A DNA stretch of 64,000 bases from a virus (Duplodnaviria > Caudoviricetes), in the IMG/VR virus record IMGVR_UViG_3300028591_000124, positions 32,001-96,000 of that record; one strand, written 5' to 3'. The translations under genes were made by a program, and so were the position numbers. Numbering within the stretch: position 1 is the first letter of the stretch; the number at the start of each line of letters is the position of its first letter. Below the pieces are notes generated by a model. That model worked only from the letters and a program-made list of their open reading frames with translations. It was not told where the DNA came from and ran no database searches. Positions 43,093 to 53,175 of the stretch are shown one piece after another.

Positions 43093-43136
43093 GTGTGATG
43101 TCTTGTGTTCCGTTCCATGCGCTATCTCTTCACAAA

Positions 43137-44411
43137 TTACAACTGAGCAACTAATGTGTTGTAGACTCCACGACGAGTCTTGATAGCGTTAGCCATACAA
43201 GAGATAGTCATGTATCCATCCAGTTTGTCACCAGTCTTAGTTCTGTTTGCCTTGACATTTCTACCGATACCGCGAGACACACAGCCGTCCTTGCCGTCAC
43301 GAATAAATCCAAGACCGCCAATTTTTGTCTTCCCAGTCTTGACAGCCCTGAGAGCATCCATCACGAACTTGTTCAATTCATCCAGGTCTTTCTTGACGTT
43401 GACAATCGGAAGAACTTGTGTGGCCCACGAAAACTCGCCATTGCCTTTGTAGAGATACCGATTAACGGCATTCAAAGCTCTGGTGAATGTGGTGCCATGC
43501 TTTTTTATTGTCCTGTCCTCAATTTCTTTCTGGAATGATTTGATACGTGACTTGGCCAGTGTTATGTTGTCTTTGTTTCGGCTAAGATTCAACGCAAATC
43601 CCAGGAACTTGAACCACTTGCCACGCTCCAGATATTCAACCTTTTTGGGATTCAGCTTCATATCCATCTTATCAAGCTCCTGTGTCAATGCAGCCATAGA
43701 ACTGAGGTATTTATCACCAATGAACAGCATATCATCTGAATATCTCACATAATAGCCAAGTTCACTCAGTTTCTTGTCCGTCTCGTACAGGATCACATCT
43801 GCCAGCCAACTCGCTACCGAACATCCTTGTTTCAAAGACTGGTATGCAGACTGAAGCTTACCGTCCGTATCAAAGTAGAAATCCGAATGGTAATACTTTC
43901 TCAGGACATCGATTACAGCACTCTTTCCGTGTTTATCCTCAACCATATTAAAAGCTGCATCGATACACCAAATAGGCACAGAATCAAAATACTTGCTAAG
44001 GTCCGATTTCCATCCCAGCATATCGCCACTGACCTTGTGCGAGTGCTCAGCAATCTGTTGTACTACCATGCCACAGCCAATGCCCTTACGATAAGCCTTA
44101 CAGCTATCATGGATACGCTCAGGAGTAAGTTCAAACAAAAGGTCGTTTGCAATACTCAGAATGATACGGTCAATCGGCTCATTTACATATACAGTCCGGA
44201 ACTCGCCAGGAGTATCTTTTGGTATCTGTGCTGTATGAGGAGGTGCAATCTCATACTTACCAGCTTTCATCAACTGGTATATCTGAGCTCTTGTCTCTTC
44301 TTTCGTCAATTGGTAAAGATACGCCCTATTGATGTCCTTACCGACACCCTTTTCAATTGCATACTCCCAACGCTGAGGTTCGAAGAACATTTCTAAAATC
44401 TTGTCATTCAT
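43137..44411 (-). CDS. reverse transcriptase (stand-alone; not canonical retron, DGR or group II intron)
   Basis: IPK...FRTVYV...DRI, KSDLSKYFDSV, LKQG, YVRYSDD, KLNPKK, KFLGF motifs. Confidence 0.95.
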   Translation of the reverse strand: MNDKILEMFFEPQRWEYAIEKGVGKDINRAYLYQLTKEETRAQIYQLMKAGKYEIAPPHTAQIPKDTPGEFRTVYVNEPIDRIILSIANDLLFELTPERIHDSCKAYRKGIGCGMVVQQIAEHSHKVSGDMLGWKSDLSKYFDSVPIWCIDAAFNMVEDKHGKSAVIDVLRKYYHSDFYFDTDGKLQSAYQSLKQGCSVASWLADVILYETDKKLSELGYYVRYSDDMLFIGDKYLSSMAALTQELDKMDMKLNPKKVEYLERGKWFKFLGFALNLSRNKDNITLAKSRIKSFQKEIEDRTIKKHGTTFTRALNAVNRYLYKGNGEFSWATQVLPIVNVKKDLDELNKFVMDALRAVKTGKTKIGGLGFIRDGKDGCVSRGIGRNVKANRTKTGDKLDGYMTISCMANAIKTRRGVYNTLVAQL

Positions 44412-44797
44412 AACTGATAGAATTGGTCTTGTTGTACCAACCAGTTTCTGTTGTCCTTAAACAACTGGTCGATGATTGCTTTGTAAACAGCTATCTCAGT
44501 AAACCCATAAACTTCGTCGAGATTTATCCAGCAGTCAAATTCAAGACCGCTGTCATCATCACTCTCCAGAAAGATTTCGATTTTGTCGCCATTTGACCCA
44601 AGATTTACGGATGAGCACTGGACCTTATAATATCGCCTTGTGCTAACTGGGTCTTGAACAAAAACGAATGGCGCAATCTTCTCAGAGAAATCAAACAGAT
44701 ACCCAGATCCGTTTTCACCAAACTTTTTATAATATGCCCTGAGAATGGAGAGAACCGATTTACGAATCTCTCCACTCATTTTCTTAATGTCTATCAT
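44408..44797 (-). CDS. hypothetical protein overlapping the RT start
   Basis: 129 aa; 4 nt overlaps with both neighbours. Confidence 0.7.
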   Translation of the reverse strand: MIDIKKMSGEIRKSVLSILRAYYKKFGENGSGYLFDFSEKIAPFVFVQDPVSTRRYYKVQCSSVNLGSNGDKIEIFLESDDDSGLEFDCWINLDEVYGFTEIAVYKAIIDQLFKDNRNWLVQQDQFYQL

Positions 44798-45810
44798 ACT
44801 GTTGGTGCCATTACGTACTGGTCGATGAAGCTTACCATAGCCTCATTCTGAGGAAACAGCTGGGTAGTATCCATGAGCTGAGGCTTGTACATGTCATTTG
44901 CGATAGAGTAGAAGTCCCATGCCGTCACTTGCTGATTGTGAGCGTTACGAAGTAGCAGCTGCTCAGTCATAGAGTGAATCTGCCAGTCATTCAGTGGATA
45001 CGTACCATTGAGCTTGATTTCCTTGTACTTTGTATCACAGGCAACACGGGTAGCATCCAGCATACCGATCAGCATGAAGATCTTGGCAGGAGGAATCACG
45101 GTTGCTTTCATGCGGGCAATCTTCTGGTCATCCTGGAATGTGATATTGTGAATGTTCTGCATCCACTCAACAACCTTATTGAGAACGTCCGTGTATGTAA
45201 CTCTCTCCTTAACACGGCCCTGGCCTCTTGTATATGTCCTGATGATGCGGTCAGCACCAAGAATTGTCTGGTTGTGACAGATACGGACATTTCTACCGAT
45301 TGCAACTTCCAGACCCTGCTGATTATAGCCGATTGCAAGAGACTGGTCGCTCTCGCCATCGTCAAAGCCATTGATATGGATAGTAGAATAGATACGGCGA
45401 ACCGTATATGCTGCAACATTCAGCTCAGCCTGCGGGTCGAATGTCAATGTCTTGGAAATATCCTTGTTGAGGGACACACCGGGATACTGTGAACCTCCAG
45501 CCTTTGCAGCGAACATGTCAAATACCTCAGGCTCCAAACCGGCATCCTTGACAATATCCATTACACGCTCAATCAACTCGAAGTGGTGAATACCGTGCAT
45601 CGGTTGGCCACCATTCAACTCACGATTGGTCTTCTTGAGCTGTTCGAGAGTGATGTCCTGTGTCTTGAATTCTTCCCAGTTCTTGAAGTGGTCTGGGTCA
45701 TACACTGTAACAGCTGTCTCCTGAGCTGCCTCTGCCATAGATTCCTGTGCTACTGTTGGCATTTCAATGCCTTGATTGAAGTCAATACCTCCAAAAATTC
45801 CGTTGTTCAT
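44794..45810 (-). CDS. DUF932-like protein
   Basis: GRNVRICHNQ resembles the DUF932 R.VC.N motif; C-terminal TAWDFY. Confidence 0.55.
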   Translation of the reverse strand: MNNGIFGGIDFNQGIEMPTVAQESMAEAAQETAVTVYDPDHFKNWEEFKTQDITLEQLKKTNRELNGGQPMHGIHHFELIERVMDIVKDAGLEPEVFDMFAAKAGGSQYPGVSLNKDISKTLTFDPQAELNVAAYTVRRIYSTIHINGFDDGESDQSLAIGYNQQGLEVAIGRNVRICHNQTILGADRIIRTYTRGQGRVKERVTYTDVLNKVVEWMQNIHNITFQDDQKIARMKATVIPPAKIFMLIGMLDATRVACDTKYKEIKLNGTYPLNDWQIHSMTEQLLLRNAHNQQVTAWDFYSIANDMYKPQLMDTTQLFPQNEAMVSFIDQYVMAPTV

Positions 45811-45848
45811 AATCGTAACTGTTTAATTGTGATTGTTGTTAATATTAT

Positions 45849-47839
45849 TTAGAAGTGGAACGACACAACTCCACCGATATAGAGTTTGTCACCAGGTTTT
45901 AAATTCTTAAAGAGAGTCAACACAAAGTCACCAAGAGGATCTGGGCCATTGTCGCTCGGATAACCGCAAGTCCAGTTCGTCCATACATACCGGTCCCAAT
46001 TCCTACAATGAGACTGCTGACAGATTTTCTGCAAATCCCAGAACGACAATGATTCAGATGGATTCAATTTTGCAGCTGCATCCTGAGCGGCTTTTATCCA
46101 TTCATTGATGAAATCATTGCATCCTTTGAACGTGAGCTCACGGCCATTCCTTTCGAAGAAGAGTTCAAAAATCGGGTCGTTTGCTTCAATTTCTCGGATT
46201 TGCTCTTCTGGAGTCAGTTCATCGTCCATGTAGTCGCGCCAATCATTGTAGCACTCTTCTTCATAGTCAGAAGGGTGTATGTAGTCCTCTTCTGAGATTG
46301 GCTGAGTTGAAATCTGAAAAATCTTGTAGTATGACATAGTTTTACCCTATTACTTTTACCATATTTTCCAATACGTACTCTGGAAGGGCTGCGAGATTAA
46401 TTTCTTTGTAGAAGTCATCACGAACCCTGCCCTTGTTAGTAGTTGCCATTTCAATCATTGGCATTCCAAAGAGAGGTGTGGTGCCAACTCTGTATGTGTC
46501 ATTGCCATCCACAAATGTATTTCCAACCAAAATCAAGATATTTGCCTTGACCTTGGCAATTCGCTCTTCATGAAGTTTCTCAGCCTTTTCAATAAGGTTA
46601 TCTGCAATACCCTTGGCTTCTTCGATAACCTCTTTCACGTACTCACTACCGAAATAACCCCAGCATGAATCAACTACATCGCCATCAGGGTCTTCCAGCT
46701 GGAATCCATAAACGTCTCCAGTGTAGTACATATCTAAGGTTTTAACCTCACCGCGAAGACAATTGAGAGCTTTTTCACGAACTTCCTTAGTACAGATTTT
46801 CTTGCCGTACTCCTTGATTGCGTCTGCTTTTGAGACCGCAATAATTCCAAAGAGTCCGCTGTCCCAAGGGTCGTTATATGGATAGCCGCCATCACAGCTA
46901 ATAGTCAGGCCACTGTGCTCATAACCACGAATCTTCAACCAAATATAATTCTTCTTGAATTCATCACTGAGACCAGTTCCTTCGTCATTCAGGATTTCAT
47001 CAATACTGTGTTTATCTGGGTCATAACTACGACTGTTTGAATAAATCGTACCCAAATTATCCCATTCTCGCGGAGACTGAGGATCTGTATCGTAGTACAC
47101 ATTAATGGTGTAACCACGATATTCTTCCGTTTTGTAAAGATAATCGCTTAACATAATTGTGTGATTGTTGATTGTTGTTGTTTAATCCACCTCAAAGTTT
47201 CGATGGTCGAATTCTTTTCCGTCAAAAATACAAGAAAACATTTCAGAAGAGTTTGCTGTGCAATAGTAATCCAAGTCTTCATTACTCAGACCATTGTCAC
47301 GCTTCAATCTTGTAAGACCTCTATCAATCTGGTCAATTTGTTCTGGAGTGTAAAGGTCTTCCAAGTCAATAATCAAATTGTTTCTTACATCTGCTATTGT
47401 CATGTCATTTTTCAAGTTTGAATCTATAACACCTACTTTCATCCATGTGCTTATGGCACCATTCCAGTTGTTTTGAATTCATTCCAAAACGATGCTCACA
47501 ACGCTTACATTTTTCTAAGTCCATGAGAGATTTTCGAGGCTTTTGTATTGGCATCCCATAATTAATAATTGGAAGCTCAATATCTGGCACTCTTATGTCG
47601 ATTGGTTCCGCATTCATTTTCATGCGCTCCAGTTCTTCTGCATCAATAGGCACAATCTGAACACCGGACTCCAATTCTTTTGTTTTAATAAATTCTTCAT
47701 CAAGCTTATCAAATTGCTCTCGAAGAATAAATACTTTTGGAACTTCCTTTTTAGGTACATTTACAAGTTCATGTGATAATTCTTCCATTTCCTTATTATT
47801 AAACCTGAAAGGCACTCCTATAAGGGGTAAATGTGGCAT
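45849..47839 (-). other. hypothetical CDS (45849-46337, 46342-47154, 47182-about 47406, 47405-47839)
   Basis: Co-oriented ORFs. Confidence 0.7.
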
Positions 47840-47860
47840 AATGAATTTTGTTTTATTCTC

Positions 47861-47918
47861 TGTGCCTGCGCTCCAAGAGAGCCAGGCACAAGAGATAATG
47901 GACTAAAGAGATAAAGAG
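47861..47918 (-). other. pyrimidine-rich tract and hairpin downstream of the DUF1566-like gene (candidate DGR homing signals)
   Basis: Minus-strand CTCTTTATCTCTTTAG after the stop, then TGTGCCTG...CAGGCACA stem. Confidence 0.45.
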
Positions 47919-48563
47919 TTAAAATGCGGAGACAGGGCGAACCCTGCCCTCGGACGTCTTGCCGTTGGTGGTCAGATAGCCATTGAGGAAGTACACGTCC
48001 CAAGCGAGCGTGGCACTGCGAACTGTGCAAGACCAATACCATTCATCCGCAAATGGTTCCTGACCGATATATGTAAGGGCAGCGTCCAATTTTCGTCTCA
48101 GTAGATACATGAGGTAAAGCTCACCGGCAGTCGGGATCCAATAGTTTTCTTCGAGCTCAATCTGGAGTCCCAGCTCAATCAGTCGCTCAGTTGTCTCACG
48201 TCCCTTGAAATCCTCAACAGCCTTGTCATACCAATCAAAATACAGAGACGAATCCTCTTCGTTAGTTTCCATCGAGACATCCGTTATGTCGGACGAAGCC
48301 AGCCTTACATTGAGGTCACCGTACTTTGCGCCAACAGCTATGGCACCGTCCTTGCTATTCTCGCCGGTAAACAACTCATGATGTCCGTCCTTATAAATGA
48401 GGAATACACCACACTCGCCAATTGGACCGACCTTGGTTTCGACTATTGGCTTAGATTCACTACCAATAATAAAATCAAATGCTTTCTTTGCATTTTCCAC
48501 ATTGTTACCAAACCCTTTAATAAGGTCGTAACGCAACTGCTGTAAATAATTCAATTGTTCCAT
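47919..48563 (-). CDS. DUF1566/C-type-lectin-fold protein, probable DGR target
   Basis: WIPTAGEL and YWS.T...AW.V.F..G...K....VRPVSAF C-terminus. Confidence 0.75.
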   Translation of the reverse strand: MEQLNYLQQLRYDLIKGFGNNVENAKKAFDFIIGSESKPIVETKVGPIGECGVFLIYKDGHHELFTGENSKDGAIAVGAKYGDLNVRLASSDITDVSMETNEEDSSLYFDWYDKAVEDFKGRETTERLIELGLQIELEENYWIPTAGELYLMYLLRRKLDAALTYIGQEPFADEWYWSCTVRSATLAWDVYFLNGYLTTNGKTSEGRVRPVSAF

Positions 48564-48576
48564 TTCTGTAAAAAAA

Positions 48577-50428
48577 TTAGAGTTTCATAAAAATATCGTC
48601 TGGAGTGCCGTATTCAAACCACCAGCCCTCTGGAAGATCATTGTCATCACCATATTCTTCCATAAGGTCACTAATCTCATCCGAAATAGTGGGACTGGCA
48701 AAACTAATATCACAACGGTAATAATCTATGCGTTCAAGAGCTACCTGGGCCTCTGCATCTGACCATCTGTGATTGTCACGGACATACTGGATTGCTTCAT
48801 TAAAATGATTCATGGCTCATCCTCCTCATGCATTTTGTTATTTACGGCAAAATAATAACCGGCACCATAATCATAATACAGATCCCAGTCATCGTCAATC
48901 ACATCAACGAAATTGTGATATGTAGGCATATCCTGGAAACTGCCATCACCACCATAAATGACATTTTTGAACCATTCCTTAGCGGCTTGTTCTTCTGTCA
49001 CATTAATTCCGTGACTCTTGCTTTCTTCCTCAGCAATCTCAGAAGCCTGATAAGACTCTAATATGCCGTCATACAAATATCGCTTACTCATACCATAATC
49101 CGTATTCTTCCAATTTTGATTTAATTCCGTCAAAATGCACTCTCTCGTAATTATCATCTTCTGAGAAGTGCTTTGCAGTAGCATTCCATTTATCGAAACA
49201 TTCCTTACAGAATACTTGATTCAAAACTGGAACATAGTAACACGTTTGCCCAGCAATCTGTTTATTACAATTGTCACAAACAAGAATGCGGCCAACAAAT
49301 TGCACAGGCACACCGAATCCGATAGCCGCAAAATCTGTTTCGCTACCCTCGATTACCAGAAATTTTGATTCCTTAAATTGTTTTGCCATAATTAAAAAAT
49401 TAAATTCATTCTATTGAGAAGTGAAAAATATGGCCCGAACATTTCCTTGAAATCCTCAGACATTTGGCGATTCTTGATGTATTTCTGAACTGCATCATGA
49501 CGTTCTTCGTCCGGCATATCAATGAATTCCATCAGTCGTTCTATCCAGTCTTTCTGAGCTGCAAGCTGTTCCTTTAACTTAGAGTTTTCTTCAGAGAGGC
49601 GGTCTACTTCTGTACGTGCCTTTACATAAGCATTCCAGTTGTCACTTGACCGCTTCTTCCAAGATTCCACGTCCCGCTTATATTTAGCAGCCATCTGTTT
49701 ACGTACTTCCTCACGAATTTCGTTCGGTTTCTTTGCCTTAGACATAATCGTTACGTATGAATTGACCAACGGTTTTCATTTACATAATCAGAATAGATGA
49801 TGCCACCAACCAAACGCTGCTGACCATTGACCCATTCACAAAAACCAAAGCTGTTCTTTGCAAAGTCTCCGTAAATCTCAACATAGTGGTCGATAGCGCA
49901 TCTTGTATAATGAGAGAGACGTTCGACACAATCTTCGAGGGAGTGGTCATTCAATTCAATGCCAAGCCCAACAGTTGCATCATAACGTTTTTTGATTTCA
50001 TCGGTCATACGAATCTGAAGTGGTTCACGTCTCAAATCAAACTCGTCAGAATATTTTTCCATGAGCCGTTCATATTCTGGTCTCCAAATGTTCATAAAAA
50101 TATCTTCAATGTCTTCACGATGAACTTGGGTCAGTACAAATCCGTCCCAATAGAAGAATTTATAACTGGGATCTTTCCAGTATATGATAGACATCAGTGG
50201 AGCATTCTCTTCACGGAACCAGGCAAATCTGCAAGTTTGATTAGCCATGTATTCACCCATTCTTGTAGGACCTACATGAACAAGAGACGTACCACCCTCA
50301 CGAACACACCAGAAAAACGGCTCCCACGAATCTTCCAGTTCCTTGATGTCGTACTTCTCAAAGTCCTGCTTGCACCAGTGAGTATCAAATAACTCACTTC
50401 TCATTTGGTCAAGTATCTCTTTTGTCAT
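48577..50428 (-). other. hypothetical CDS (48577-48813, 48810-49091, 49084-49389, 49392-49745, 49751-50428)
   Basis: Co-oriented abutting ORFs. Confidence 0.7.
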
Positions 50429-50668
50429 TTTGAATTTTCGGAAAAGTGAGGGCAGGCTTGTGACCATACCCTCGGTTTAACAATCAACACGCAATTACGA
50501 AAAACTAATTCCGCAATTATTTCTCACTATCAAATATGACAGTATCGCCTCGCTTGATCTCATGAAAGGCAAGTCCGTCACACTCCACAAAAGTCTTGGT
50601 AGATTGTGGCTGATTTTCACGATACATCCACAAATCGCCATCTTCGTCTCTATGCAAACATATTTTCA

Positions 50669-52555
50669 TTATGCAGCCTCCTTTTCACACATTTCGTGAT
50701 ACATGCGTTCCATTTCACAGTAGGCAATCTCATGGCACCCAGCCTTAAGAATGTCATCCTTGTAATATTCAACAGAGTATCCTGCCATTGTTACTGGAAC
50801 AAACGGCTGACCATTATGCCAACCATTGATGATGTCCCAATATTTGTGGCACTCGTCAAATGTCATTCGGATACCCTTTGAGGTCTCGATGATTCCATTC
50901 TGAGAACCAAATCTCAAAAGCACATTACCACCATAGAACAGGTCACTCTTGGAGATATTAATTTCAGCAGGAATCGAACCAAGATGCTCTCTCCAGATAC
51001 GTCGCACACCATCAATACCACCATTCTTGTAAGCCTCCAGCTTCTCCAGTTTGGCTTGGTACTCCTTACGTTTACGCTCAAATTCAGCACGTTCACGTCT
51101 CTCACGATCTGCATCCCAGCGGTCTTTACGAACCACAAATTCATTCATGATGTGGTGGTCTTCCGGAGTCAGAGACATATTGCCATTGAGTGCAACATAG
51201 AACTCATACAATTTGTGACCGCGCTTGCGTCTCATACACAATTCAGCTTTCTGCCAGAAACGCATACGATACAGTTTTTTATCGCGGGCCTGGCAGAATC
51301 TTTCATATTCAGAACCTGTGAAACTAATTGTGTCACGATTGAAATATGCTGAAACATAATTCGGCCAAACAGATTCAGAAAGATGATACTCAGTACGAAT
51401 CCATGACTTCGGGTAGTCATTCAAATATATGAACTTTCCACCCTTATCTACGGTCTTGACCTCCAAATTTGTGCCCCATCGCATATCACTCTCACTAAGA
51501 GTATTGATACCCATGAACTTTCTCGCACGATTGTACGATTCACGTTGACGCTTGATACGGTCAGACTGTTCCTTGTTGGTTGTAATCACTGCCAGACGGT
51601 CTTTCTTCATCTGCAACAACTCCAAACGCCCCTCATGGGATTTGAGCATCTTTCTCAGACCCTTATTTGTCAATTCGTTCTCGTTCTTCTTCTGGAAAGC
51701 GTTCTCATTGGTAGCTGGAAGAAACAAATACTCACGAATTGCATCCATTTTGGCAATTGTAGCCTGAGCCTTACCAATACCGGCAATACGCTTCTCCATA
51801 GAAGCCCAAGTACCCTCACCAAACATGGCATCAGAAATCTTCTGTCTCCAGTTCTCTTCACCAGTGGTAAAGTTGACATCCCAGTGACCATTGTATTTCT
51901 CACAAGAGGTACTTACTTCGATGTGGAATTCGAGAATCAGACTAACCATTGTGCGGACTCTCCTGTAAACTTCTTTGCTGTCAACACCCTCTTCTACAAA
52001 TTCGGTGGTGCCTGGAAGTTTCTCATACGGAGTGCGCAGCCACTTTTTCAGTGAACAATCATCACGATACAGAGAATTAAGAATACCGATTGCTTTCAGA
52101 GGATAGAGATTGATATTTGGTGTCTCTTTGGTCTTTCCTACGGTCACATACTGGAAATCCCAATACAAATCCATGAGGAAATGATTCACCAGCCACATAC
52201 GCTTCTCTTTGTTGAAAGAGTCACGGCTACCCAAGAATGCCACGTTGTTGTAACTGTGGTAGTAGTAATAAGAGGAATTTCGAGCATCCCAGTGTGTCTC
52301 GATAACGTGCCAGTCACTCGGAATTGCATGTCTCAGATGACCAAGATGCTTTGCCGTCTCATTGGTCAAATGCTGGTCAATCATCAAGAATAAATGCTTG
52401 TCTCGGTCAAGACACTGGCAAATCGTTGTCCTGTAAGACAAACACGAACGTTCGTCAAAATGCATGTTACTGCTCTCATAAAAACGAGAGTCATCAGATT
52501 TCATTCTCTGATTGTGTACCCATCTGTGGGCGCACTCTGAACTGTTATAACCCAT
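50669..52555 (-). CDS. large hypothetical protein
   Basis: 628 aa; C-terminal IETSKG...AGCHEI. Confidence 0.8.
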   Translation of the reverse strand: MGYNSSECAHRWVHNQRMKSDDSRFYESSNMHFDERSCLSYRTTICQCLDRDKHLFLMIDQHLTNETAKHLGHLRHAIPSDWHVIETHWDARNSSYYYYHSYNNVAFLGSRDSFNKEKRMWLVNHFLMDLYWDFQYVTVGKTKETPNINLYPLKAIGILNSLYRDDCSLKKWLRTPYEKLPGTTEFVEEGVDSKEVYRRVRTMVSLILEFHIEVSTSCEKYNGHWDVNFTTGEENWRQKISDAMFGEGTWASMEKRIAGIGKAQATIAKMDAIREYLFLPATNENAFQKKNENELTNKGLRKMLKSHEGRLELLQMKKDRLAVITTNKEQSDRIKRQRESYNRARKFMGINTLSESDMRWGTNLEVKTVDKGGKFIYLNDYPKSWIRTEYHLSESVWPNYVSAYFNRDTISFTGSEYERFCQARDKKLYRMRFWQKAELCMRRKRGHKLYEFYVALNGNMSLTPEDHHIMNEFVVRKDRWDADRERRERAEFERKRKEYQAKLEKLEAYKNGGIDGVRRIWREHLGSIPAEINISKSDLFYGGNVLLRFGSQNGIIETSKGIRMTFDECHKYWDIINGWHNGQPFVPVTMAGYSVEYYKDDILKAGCHEIAYCEMERMYHEMCEKEAA

Positions 52556-52588
52556 AATGTTGGAAAATTAAGTTGTTAAAAAATAGTT

Positions 52589-52837
52589 TTATCTACCAAG
52601 TATCCAGTGCTTCTCTTCTTTACTCCACACTTCTACTTTCCAGTGGTCTTCACCCTTACTGAAATCCTCTACAAGCCTCGCATGTTCTGGCAGCTTGTGT
52701 TCAATGGGACACGTAGGACCGAAGAAAATGACTTGATTCTTATCCGTATCGATGTATGCGCTATCTCCTGCTACTATTTTGTAACCAAAGAAATCGGAGA
52801 GCGCAACCATCTGTCCGTATGTCAGGTTTATATCCAT
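52589..52837 (-). CDS. hypothetical protein
   Basis: 82 aa ORF with A-rich start. Confidence 0.6.
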   Translation of the reverse strand: MDINLTYGQMVALSDFFGYKIVAGDSAYIDTDKNQVIFFGPTCPIEHKLPEHARLVEDFSKGEDHWKVEVWSKEEKHWILGR

Positions 52838-52894
52838 AATACTTGGTTTCTGAGTTTTAGAAAAAGTGCGGGCTGCATAAGAAAATACGTTACC

Positions 52895-52982
52895 AAGAAC
52901 AATATCAAAATGCCTCCTCCGAAGAGTAAAGGACTTAGAACAAGAACCTCCAGACTGCTAACAAGAGCAAAATCATACCTCC
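52895..52982 (-). repeat. three 31-nt-spaced GGAGG plus U-rich motifs in a non-coding gap
   Basis: Plus-strand CCTCC at 52916, 52947, 52978, each preceded by AAGA(A/G)C. Confidence 0.5.
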
Positions 52983-53175
52983 GTCAATCAAGACTTCTCA
53001 GGTTTGGTAATTCGCAGTTCCTGGAGAAAGACATGCCGTATCCAATAATGGCAGTACGACACATCGGTTGTTATACTTAATTATTGTTCATGAATGTAAA
53101 AGAACGCATCTTCTCACACATGCACCCAGGTTTCCCGTCAACTGGTCAGTCCTGGGTTACCCGCACGGAATTCAA

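Noticed and set aside
41892-43118. 408 aa ORF as an ordinary protein-coding gene
   Set aside because: No recognisable motifs, atypical composition, and DNA periodicity out of frame. Kept only as a finding about frame openness.
41900-44800. Group II intron
   Set aside because: No interrupted gene, no non-coding 5' intron domains (an ORF overlaps the RT start) and no recognisable domain V/VI after the RT.
43137-48563. Complete DGR formed by this RT and the DUF1566-like gene
   Set aside because: The RT lacks the DGR motif-4 signature, I recognise no avd-like gene, and no array unit resembles the variable region.
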